Positions 54,006 to 61,981 of a DNA stretch of 64,000 nt are shown here, piece after piece (within the stretch, counting starts at the first letter, position 1; each line of letters opens with the position of its first letter). The notes below the pieces were generated by a model. It saw only the letters and a list, made by a program, of their open reading frames with translations, had not been told where the DNA came from and did no database searches. The DNA is from Proteobacteria bacterium UBA1148 (lineage in GTDB: Bacteria > Pseudomonadota > Gammaproteobacteria > Steroidobacterales > Rariloculaceae), in the NCBI GenBank assembly GCA_002311835.1, contig DBZY01000014.1:54258-118257 (forward strand). Reading direction: 5' to 3'. The position numbers and the translations under genes are program-made.

Positions 54006-54647
54006 TTAGCGCCATTCTCGGCAGCACCGTACTAACGACCCGTCTTCTGCAAAGTCGTAACGAATCCTATCACCCTGTTCGTCAAGGAAGCTTAGTGATT
54101 GTTGGAAGTGCCCTTGGGGTGGGTAGCCTTTAGGTACTCTTGCTTCGAGGATGTAGAGTTTGGTCTTGTGTAGGTAAATTCCGATAAAACTGCGAGACTC
54201 GTCAGAATTAGTGAGATTCAATTGATGTCCAGGCACTCGATCAATGTGATGCCAGGCATCGTAATTGACCTCGCCGCCTTGCGTGCGGAAGTTTGTCGCC
54301 GCGTAGGCAGCTGATGCCATGACATCAATCCGCCAGTAGTCATAGGTTGTCGGTGAATCTGCTTCCGTCGAATTTGTACGTGCCAGATGAATTTCCTCGG
54401 AATCTGTGTAATCAATCACGGTGACGCTGTATGTGCTATCTCCACTGCGCACCGTATAAACACGTCCTGGAAAGACGGCGTCATACTCGGATGGGTAGGC
54501 GATTTCCTCAATCTCGGGCTCACCTGGCGCTGGTACGTTAATGCTGAAATTATCTGCCATGTTTTGGTAGACAACCCATGTCTGCGCTAACGCGAGTGGC
54601 GATAATAAAAACATCGATAGTGTTAGAGCGGTGTTGAGGATGCGCAT
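54006..54647 (-). CDS. Exported hypothetical protein
   Basis: 213-aa ORF with signal peptide MRILNTALTLSMFLLSPLALAQ. Tightly spaced (36-41 nt) with co-oriented neighbours. No family recognised. Confidence 0.6.
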   Translation of the reverse strand: MRILNTALTLSMFLLSPLALAQTWVVYQNMADNFSINVPAPGEPEIEEIAYPSEYDAVFPGRVYTVRSGDSTYSVTVIDYTDSEEIHLARTNSTEADSPTTYDYWRIDVMASAAYAATNFRTQGGEVNYDAWHHIDRVPGHQLNLTNSDESRSFIGIYLHKTKLYILEARVPKGYPPQGHFQQSLSFLDEQGDRIRYDFAEDGSLVRCCREWR

Positions 54648-54683
54648 GCTATATCTCGTCTAGGGAGTTGGGTAGATGGGCTA

Positions 54684-55064
54684 CTAGTCCCATTCTTTTT
54701 CTTCACCACCAGGTGGTGTAACAAATCCGAGAAGACATCCATTGGAGCCGTCCCTCATTTGATGGCATCGCACGGAGATGTGATCTCCGGGCTCTACGCT
54801 TTCGGGGCTCCAGCCTTTCCGCAGGAGCGAGTTGGGGCTGCCGCCTTCCAGAGCCCACAAGATATGATCTCCATCGCTGTTTGGAACTTCAAGATAGATC
54901 CATGTATGAGGATTCATCCAGTGTAATTCCTTTACCATGCCTGCTAGACGAGTGTACTCCGTCATCTGGTAATTCCCATGAGAATGGTGTCCTGATGCAG
55001 GTAAGAGCCAAGTGGCAGCTATGGCTAGTGTCCCAAGGCGGAGGGATTCGTGGGTGATCATCAT
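54684..55064 (-). CDS. Small exported protein, DUF6152-like
   Basis: Signal peptide ...WLLPASG followed by HHSHGNY...LAGMVKELHWMNPHTWIYLEV. Paralogous pattern to 55540-55908 and to the N-terminus of 16955-17980. Confidence 0.65.
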   Translation of the reverse strand: MMITHESLRLGTLAIAATWLLPASGHHSHGNYQMTEYTRLAGMVKELHWMNPHTWIYLEVPNSDGDHILWALEGGSPNSLLRKGWSPESVEPGDHISVRCHQMRDGSNGCLLGFVTPPGGEEKEWD

Positions 55065-55194
55065 ACTTATTATTTCAACGGCATTGCCAACCAGGGGCTA
55101 ATTTTACCCGATATAGCATCTTCCGATAGAGATGTGACATAGAGTTAACAGCAGGAAAACTTATCTGTTTGTAGAATTAGTCTTGGAAACAGCC

Positions 55195-55586
55195 ATGCCC
55201 GAAATGCTCCACAAGACAATGCTGCTCGTGGAGGTAGTTCCTTCGTCTTCGCGTAATTGCATTGTTGGTGGTTGGGAGAGACTCTGAAGGTACGGATTCA
55301 GGCACCGGCCGAACGCGGTAGGGCGAACGAGGCTGTGGAGAAAATCCTCTCCAGAGCCCTAGGTGCTCCAGCCCGGATTGTGTCGGGGAGAACCTCGCCC
55401 AGAAAAACTATCGAGATTTCTAGTATATCCAGAGAGAATATGCGTCATCGGTTCCCAAAGACTGACCTTCAGAGCGGTGCCATACAAGGGCAACCTTCGG
55501 CATGTGCCGCCGCTAGACCGATCGGGGTGTGTTCCCTAGTTAGAGCCGGCTGGGGTAAAGGTCGTAATCTTTGCTGTGGACGTTGA
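55195..55586 (+). pseudogene. DUF167 (YggU/UPF0235) gene interrupted by a frameshift
   Basis: Frame A (55195-55287) gives MPEMLHKTMLLVEVVPSSSRNCIVGGWERL*. Frame B (from 55257) gives ..LGETLKVRIQAPAERGRANEAVEKILSRALGAPARIVSGRTSPRKTIEI... Joined, they reproduce the YggU pattern (..[23 protein letters not shown].AN...). The frames switch within GGTGGTTGG at about 55267-55275. Confidence 0.55.
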
Positions 55587-55908
55587 TCCGCCGGGTCTTC
55601 ATTTCGAACGTTTGTGGGTTAGCGTGTCTATTACCAAGCATGGTGACAGTGTCTCCTACCTTGACGACGGTATCGTCAAAACCAGCTCTTTGACTGCGAT
55701 TCGGCGGGCTCATAACCACGTTCCACTGCTCCCCGCCAGCTTCTACGATTAGGCGATCGTGCGGGCGTCCCAAGCGGGTGTCAACGACAACCCCAGTGAG
55801 TGTGAAGTCCGTATTTGTATAGGTGCTCCAGCCATGATGGGCAAAGGCGCTAGCCGATAACGTGCCTAACAGAAACGCTATTGCTATAACGCGTATGTTC
55901 ATGGACAT
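55540..55908 (-). CDS. Small exported protein, DUF6152-like
   Basis: Signal peptide ...LSASAFA followed by HHGWSTYT...LTGVVVDTRLGRPHDRLIVEA. 122 aa. Confidence 0.65.
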   Translation of the reverse strand: MSMNIRVIAIAFLLGTLSASAFAHHGWSTYTNTDFTLTGVVVDTRLGRPHDRLIVEAGGEQWNVVMSPPNRSQRAGFDDTVVKVGDTVTMLGNRHANPQTFEMKTRRINVHSKDYDLYPSRL

Positions 55909-55978
55909 GTCGGGTTCCTCCGTCTCAAATAGTCAAAGTAAGCTTCGGTAGGTGCTACTTATGAACGAATCTGGGTTG

Positions 55979-57196
55979 TTATGCAATAGCTAGCACCACT
56001 CCTTCCTGAATAAATCGTTTGATTTTTACCTCTTCATAACCAAGTTCACCTAGTATCTCCGTCGTGTGCTCCCCCAGGCGAGGGGCTCCGCGTTCAATTG
56101 AGGTAGGTGTGGCGCTAAATTTCACCGGGAAACCTATTGTTTTGATCACGCCGAGTCCTGAGTGCATGGTTTCTGTAACCATGTCCCGGGCAAGTGTTTG
56201 GGGATGCTCCAGCATTTCGCCAATGCTGAGCACGGGGCCTGCTGGAACGCCTGCATTCTTCAACAAATCGAGCCACTCACGGGTTTGCTTTTTCTTGAAT
56301 GCCGGGGCGAGCGTAGCGTTTAGCACTGCCCGGTTGTGCATTCGATCTTTATTCCTGGAGAATCGCGGGTCTTCCAGGAGTTCAGGTAGCCCGAGCACAG
56401 GTGGGAGCCGTGCCCACGTAGCCTCACTTGAAGCGCCGATAGTGATCCACCCATCAGTAGTTTCAAATGCCTCGTAGGGGGCATTCAATGGATGAGCGGA
56501 GCCCATGGGTTCTGGTGATATACCAGTTGCTAATGCGATAGCCGACTGCCAGAAGGTTTGTGTGATTCCGGCCTCAAATAAAGAAGTGTCTACACGTTGA
56601 CCTTGACCTGTCTTCAACCGCTCCACATAAGCGGCCAGAACCCCCATTGCTGCAAGTAGTCCTGCGGTTATGTCGGTAACAGGTGGCCCGCATTTCACAG
56701 GAGGTCGGTCGGCACCTTCTCCGGTTATGCTCATTAGACCGCTGTAGCCCTGTGCCACGAGATCAAACCCGCCTAGATCAGCATAGGGGCCAGTTCGGCC
56801 AAAACCGGAGATTTCGCAGTAGATTAGCCCTGGATTCTGTGCCCGCAGCTTCTCATAGCCGAGACCAAGCCGTTTCATGGTTCCTTTGCGATAATTTTCG
56901 ATCACGATATCAGCATCTTCTAACAGGCGTTGCACGATTGTGTGGCCATCCTCAGTTTTTAAGTTTACGGCGATGCCGCGCTTATTGCGGTTGAGCATCA
57001 TGAATGCGGCGCTTTCCCCATCGATGACTGGAGGTACGAAACCGCGCGCGGCATCGCCTTCCGGTACACGTTCTACCTTGATAACGTTTGCACCCATGTC
57101 GGCAAGCATGCGGCCGCAGACGGGGCCTGCCATGATGTGTGCTAGCTCAATGACGGTCACGCCCCGCAAGGGACCCATATCTGGTGAACTCATCAT
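55979..57196 (-). CDS. Family III CoA-transferase (CaiB/BaiF family)
   Basis: GVTVIELAHIMAGPVCGRMLADMGANVIKVE N-terminus and the typical interlocked-dimer family pattern. Confidence 0.9.
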   Translation of the reverse strand: MMSSPDMGPLRGVTVIELAHIMAGPVCGRMLADMGANVIKVERVPEGDAARGFVPPVIDGESAAFMMLNRNKRGIAVNLKTEDGHTIVQRLLEDADIVIENYRKGTMKRLGLGYEKLRAQNPGLIYCEISGFGRTGPYADLGGFDLVAQGYSGLMSITGEGADRPPVKCGPPVTDITAGLLAAMGVLAAYVERLKTGQGQRVDTSLFEAGITQTFWQSAIALATGISPEPMGSAHPLNAPYEAFETTDGWITIGASSEATWARLPPVLGLPELLEDPRFSRNKDRMHNRAVLNATLAPAFKKKQTREWLDLLKNAGVPAGPVLSIGEMLEHPQTLARDMVTETMHSGLGVIKTIGFPVKFSATPTSIERGAPRLGEHTTEILGELGYEEVKIKRFIQEGVVLAIA

Positions 57197-57976
57197 TCAA
57201 TGACCTTTGAACTTGGGCTTTGTTTTTTCAAGAAATGCTCGGTAGCCGATCTGATAGTCCTCCGTTTCAAAAGCTGCGTTACTCTCGTCGATTTCCTCCG
57301 CGGTTAGAGGGGTTGGATCCATCAGTCGGTGTATAAACTTTTTGTGCCAGCGGTTTACCAGTGGGGCTCGTTCAGAGATCTGGTTGCCTAGCGAGCAGGC
57401 CTCACGCTCTACATCTGAGTCTGGAACGATACGGTTAACGAGTCCCAGTTCCTTCGCATGCTTAGCTTTGAATACGTTGCCTTCCAGCAGAATTTCCAGT
57501 GCAGCTGACGGTGTAATGATGCGGCTCAATGCACCTAATTCCGCATAGGACACAGTCATTCCTAGTCGATTGATGGGTATGCCAAATCGACTCGATTCTC
57601 CACAGATACGAATATCGCAAGCGCTGGCAATTAAAAGACCACCACCCATGCATACACCGTTGATAGCCGCGATACTTGGATGGCGACATGAGAATACGCT
57701 ATTCAGTGCATTTTCGAGATCACTGCTGTATTTGCGAACATCCTCAGGTGTTGTGCGGTGCTCGCTCCAGTCAGAGATATCCGATCCTGCCGAGAAGGCT
57801 GTACTGTCGACGCCACGGATAATAATGCAGTGGATATCATCATCATCATTCAGCTCGGACATGATTTCGTCAAGGAGGATCCAGCAGGCTCCATCCATAG
57901 CATTGAGCTTGTCCGGCCTGTTCAAGACGACGGTGGTAATTCTACCGTCGCGTTGGACAAAGACTCCGTTGGGCAT
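57197..57976 (-). CDS. Enoyl-CoA hydratase/isomerase (crotonase) family protein
   Basis: LNRPDKLNAM, FSAGSDISDW and GVCMGGGLLIASACDIR oxyanion-hole segments. The stop directly abuts the CoA-transferase start. Confidence 0.9.
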   Translation of the reverse strand: MPNGVFVQRDGRITTVVLNRPDKLNAMDGACWILLDEIMSELNDDDDIHCIIIRGVDSTAFSAGSDISDWSEHRTTPEDVRKYSSDLENALNSVFSCRHPSIAAINGVCMGGGLLIASACDIRICGESSRFGIPINRLGMTVSYAELGALSRIITPSAALEILLEGNVFKAKHAKELGLVNRIVPDSDVEREACSLGNQISERAPLVNRWHKKFIHRLMDPTPLTAEEIDESNAAFETEDYQIGYRAFLEKTKPKFKGH

Positions 57977-58026
57977 TGATTTTCTCCTGGCTCATATCTA
58001 GTGCGTACTATACGGTATGAGGATGA

Positions 58027-58046
58027 ACTCACTCACTCACTCACTC
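58027..58046. repeat. Tetranucleotide microsatellite (ACTC)5
   Basis: ACTCACTCACTCACTCACTC read directly in the divergent spacer between the crotonase and aminotransferase genes. Confidence 0.9.
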
Positions 58047-58247
58047 CGCTGTTTTAGTGCTTCATATGTATGTAATCATAATTGTAGGTTGAGATAGCAG
58101 TCAGGGGAGAAGGATTTGTTTCCACGGTGTTTTTGATAGTGTTTGTGTTACTGTCGCGCCTGTGCGTGTACTCGGATAACACAAAGCGATTTTGAATATC
58201 CCAGTTGTATTCTGGGTAACGGTTTAGTTGAAAGAAGAAATCGGATA

Positions 58248-59417
58248 ATGACAGCGAAATCTGGTCGTCAATTTTTACAAATTCCAGGTCCCAGCAATGT
58301 TCCCGATCAGGTTCTACGGGCTATTAATCAGCCCACCATTGACCATCGTGGCCCAGAATTTCAGGGGCTGACCAACCGGATACTCGTGGGGCTCAAGAAG
58401 GTATTCAACTGTGCGGGACCCGTGATTATCTTCCCATCGTCGGGGACGGGTAGTTGGGAGGCTGCATTGGTAAACACGCTCTCCCCGGGCGACAGTATTT
58501 TGATGGTAGAGACGGGGCAGTTCGCTGTGCTTTGGCGCGATATTGCGTTGAAATTTGGGCTCAACGTGGACTTTATTCCCGGTGACTGGCGTCATGGGGT
58601 GGACTCTGAGCCCATTGAAGCGAAGCTTGTAGCAGATAAGAGCCACTCTATTAAAGCCGTTGCTGTTGTTCATAACGAGACATCCACGGGTGTAACCAGT
58701 GACATTGCAGCAGTTCGTAAGGCGATGGATAGAACTAATCATCCCGCTTTGCTTCTAGTTGACGTAATTTCTTCTCTGGGTTCGGTCGATTACCGACAGG
58801 ATGAGTGGGGGGTAGATGTCACGATTGGAGGATCCCAGAAAGGTCTCATGCTACCACCGGGACTCGGCTTCAACGCTTTAAGTGATAAAGCGATTAAGGC
58901 CTCCAGCAAAGCGGGGCTGCCCAGGTCATATTGGGACTGGGATGCAATTCTAAAAGCGAATCAAATGGGTTTCTTTCCATACACGCCAGCCACCAATCTA
59001 CTCTTCGGTCTCGAAGAGGCTCTAAACATGTTGTTCGAAGAAGGGCTCGAGAACGTTTTTGTGCGTCATGCACGGTTTGCCGAAGCCACGCGGCGAGCTG
59101 TTCATGCTTGGGGTCTGGAAAACCTTTGCTTGAATCCTCATGAGTACTCCAACAGCCTAACAGCTGTTTTATTGCCAGAAGGCCATGATGCTGACACGCT
59201 CCGGGAATTAATTTTGGAGCACTTCGATATGCCCTTAGGTGCAGGCCTAGGTAAAGTGAAGGGACGGATTTTTCGTATAGGCCATCTAGGTTGGCTTAAC
59301 GAGTTGATGCTAGCTGGAACGCTTTGTGGTGTGGAGATGGGTTTGGGGCTTGCGGGCGTACCATTTAGTCCTGGCGGTGTGCAGCCAGCACTTAGCTATC
59401 TAGTACACGGCGAGTAA
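58248..59417 (+). CDS. Class V aminotransferase (serine--glyoxylate / serine--pyruvate aminotransferase family)
   Basis: ATG at 58248 (ORF opens at 58143). FLQIPGPSNVPDQVLRA N-terminus and the GGSQKGLMLPPG PLP-lysine motif. Confidence 0.9.
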   Translation: MTAKSGRQFLQIPGPSNVPDQVLRAINQPTIDHRGPEFQGLTNRILVGLKKVFNCAGPVIIFPSSGTGSWEAALVNTLSPGDSILMVETGQFAVLWRDIALKFGLNVDFIPGDWRHGVDSEPIEAKLVADKSHSIKAVAVVHNETSTGVTSDIAAVRKAMDRTNHPALLLVDVISSLGSVDYRQDEWGVDVTIGGSQKGLMLPPGLGFNALSDKAIKASSKAGLPRSYWDWDAILKANQMGFFPYTPATNLLFGLEEALNMLFEEGLENVFVRHARFAEATRRAVHAWGLENLCLNPHEYSNSLTAVLLPEGHDADTLRELILEHFDMPLGAGLGKVKGRIFRIGHLGWLNELMLAGTLCGVEMGLGLAGVPFSPGGVQPALSYLVHGE

Positions 59418-59426
59418 GGGAGCAGC

Positions 59427-60794
59427 ATGGATCCTTCCACGGCAGTCGTGAGTAGCCCGTTGTTGGCGCTTGTGGCTTTCTTAGGCGTCATTATGCTTCT
59501 GTTGTTCCTCATTGCTAAGTGGCGTTGGCATGTCTTTCTGGCTCTGCTGGTGCCACTTCTCTTCTTTGGCGTAATACCTGGTGTGCAGCAGAATAATTTC
59601 ATTGCTGCGTTTGAGTTGGGTTTTGGCTCGACGCTTGGATCCATCGGTGTGGTAATTGTGCTCGGGTCTATCATCGCTGAGGCTTTGAGACATACAGGTG
59701 CGATACAAACTATTACCCGCACGATGGTTTGGGCTGTGGGTTCAACGCGCATGCCTCTGGCGCTTACATTGACAGGGTTCGTTTTAGGCATCGCCATCTT
59801 TTCCGATGTGGCCTACGTGATCCTAAATCCTCTCGTGCACTCGGCGGCTAAAATGATGGGCGTGACGGTCAGCGTCATGTCCATCGGCCTGGTGGGCTCG
59901 ATGCAACTCACTCATGCCATCGTGCCACCTACGCCAGGGCCTCTAGCGGCGGCGGCGTTATTGGGAGCCGACATTGGTAAGACGATCATATTTGGCAGTG
60001 TGGCTTGCCTGGCAGGATCACTTGCGGGGTGGATTTGGGGGCAGTATATCGTCGGGCCGCGTATCAAGACGCCGCCATCCGATGAGTATGCAGGTGAAAA
60101 CTTCCTGGAGGACGATCCGGAGGGTAAGCTGCCCGGCACGCTCAGTTCTTATGCTCCTATTATTGTTCCGATTGTACTGATATCAGCTCAGAGTGTTTCC
60201 CGTCTTTTCCTTGAGCAGGATAATATTATCCGTGTGGGGCTCGCCTATGTCGGGTGGCCAGTTATGGCGCTTAGCATTGGTGTCTTGCTGGCGTACAGAA
60301 ATATCAAGACGCCGGAGCATAGAAAAGATGCGAAGAATGCTTGGGTAGAAGAGGCGCTGAGAATGTCTGCCATGATATTGGTTGTGACCGGCCTTGGAGG
60401 GTCTCTAAGTGAGATTCTTAAGGCGACGCCAGCCGTCGAATATATCAGTGGTTTTTTTGCTGCCTATGGTTTACCGTCCATCTTGTTACCGTTTGTCATC
60501 GGCATTATCGGTAACATGATTACTGGCTCTACCACTGTCGGTGTCATCACAGCTGCTTCTTTGGTTGCGCCCATGCTAGGGACCCTAGCGCTCTCCCCAG
60601 AGGCTGCTATGCTTGCTGGCGCGAGTGGCTCAGTCATTATTAAGTACGTGAACTCAAGTTACTTCTGGGTTTGTACCTCTCTTAGCCGTGTACCAGTGAA
60701 CGACGCCATTCTGGGTTACGGCGGGGCTACGCTGGTGGGGGGCGTTACCTCGTTCTTGGTTGTTTGCACGATGTGGGCTGTAGGTATTATTTGA
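59427..60794 (+). CDS. GntP family permease
   Basis: 455-aa polytopic protein with a GntP-like pattern (GSIIAEALRHTGA, GNMITGSTTVGVITAAS). Confidence 0.85.
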   Translation: MDPSTAVVSSPLLALVAFLGVIMLLLFLIAKWRWHVFLALLVPLLFFGVIPGVQQNNFIAAFELGFGSTLGSIGVVIVLGSIIAEALRHTGAIQTITRTMVWAVGSTRMPLALTLTGFVLGIAIFSDVAYVILNPLVHSAAKMMGVTVSVMSIGLVGSMQLTHAIVPPTPGPLAAAALLGADIGKTIIFGSVACLAGSLAGWIWGQYIVGPRIKTPPSDEYAGENFLEDDPEGKLPGTLSSYAPIIVPIVLISAQSVSRLFLEQDNIIRVGLAYVGWPVMALSIGVLLAYRNIKTPEHRKDAKNAWVEEALRMSAMILVVTGLGGSLSEILKATPAVEYISGFFAAYGLPSILLPFVIGIIGNMITGSTTVGVITAASLVAPMLGTLALSPEAAMLAGASGSVIIKYVNSSYFWVCTSLSRVPVNDAILGYGGATLVGGVTSFLVVCTMWAVGII

Positions 60795-60893
60795 GCAAGG
60801 CTAATAAACTTAGGCGGTTCAGCCGATAAACATAATTTTAAAACTATGGTTGCCCGAGGCGGCCATTGACTAGGTTCGTTACGGGAGTGAAGC

Positions 60894-61964
60894 ATGCCTG
60901 ACAAGTACAGAATTCTCTTTTTTGGAGCCTCCTACGGTTCACTGCTTGGCGCAAAAGCCGCGCTTGCAGGGCACTCGGTCCACCTGATTTGTCTTCCGGA
61001 GGAATCGGAACTCATTAATGAGAAGGGCGCGATCATCCGTCTGCCGGTACGAGGTGTTGACGAGCCTGTTGAGCTGAATACGAAGAACATGTCCGGCGTT
61101 GTTTCTGCAGGCGGGCCGGAAGATGCGGACCCCTCCGAGTACGATCTCATTGTCCTTGCCATGCAGGAGCCGCAGTATCGAGTGTCTGTCGTGAAAGATC
61201 TATTGAACCGTGTGGGCGCATCCGCGAAGCCGTGTATGTCAATCATGAACATGCCGCCGTTGAGCTTCTTGAAGCGTCTTCCGGCTATTGATGCGGAGGC
61301 GATTAGAGGCTGTTACACAGACCCATCAGTTTGGGACAACGTGGATCCGTCAATGATTACTTTATGCAGCCCGGACCCACAGGCATTCCGCCCTCCCGGA
61401 GAGCAGTGCAATGTGCTTCAGGTGGGATTGCCCACCAATTTTAAGTCTGCCCGATTCGAATCAGATGACCACACCGCTATCCTGCGTAAGCTGGAAGACG
61501 ATATTCAAGAAATCCGTTATGACGTCGGCGGCACAGAGGTAGAGTTGCCAGTGAAACTACGAGTTCATGATTCAGTGTTCGTGCCGCTTGCCAAGTGGTG
61601 CATGCTATTAGCTGGTAACTACCGCTGTGTTCAAGAAGAGGAGATGATCCCGATTAAGGATGCAGTTCATGCTGATTTGGATGCTTCGGGCTCTCTGTAT
61701 AACTGGGTAGCAGACTTGTGTGTAAGTTTGGGAGGCAATCGTGACGATCTTGTTCCGTTTGAGAAATACGCTAATGCGGCCTTGTCATTACAGAAGCCGT
61801 CTTCAGCGGCGCGTGCGCTCGCTGCCAAAGCGCTCTACATCGAACGCGTAGATAAGTTGGTGCAGACACTTGCGGCGTCCCAAGGCATGCAGTCTGACCA
61901 TGTGGATCGAACTGTCGAATTAGTGGACGGTTGGCTTGCTAAAAACCGCGAAGAGGCTGCGTAG
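60894..61964 (+). CDS. Hypothetical NAD(P)-binding Rossmann-like protein (distantly PanE/ApbA ketopantoate-reductase-like)
   Basis: 356-aa ORF. The N-terminal ILFFGASYGSLLGAKAALAGHSVHL beta-alpha-beta motif suggests a dinucleotide fold. The family assignment is weak. Confidence 0.5.
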   Translation: MPDKYRILFFGASYGSLLGAKAALAGHSVHLICLPEESELINEKGAIIRLPVRGVDEPVELNTKNMSGVVSAGGPEDADPSEYDLIVLAMQEPQYRVSVVKDLLNRVGASAKPCMSIMNMPPLSFLKRLPAIDAEAIRGCYTDPSVWDNVDPSMITLCSPDPQAFRPPGEQCNVLQVGLPTNFKSARFESDDHTAILRKLEDDIQEIRYDVGGTEVELPVKLRVHDSVFVPLAKWCMLLAGNYRCVQEEEMIPIKDAVHADLDASGSLYNWVADLCVSLGGNRDDLVPFEKYANAALSLQKPSSAARALAAKALYIERVDKLVQTLAASQGMQSDHVDRTVELVDGWLAKNREEAA

Positions 61965-61981
61965 CTGAGCTCGCCGTATAA

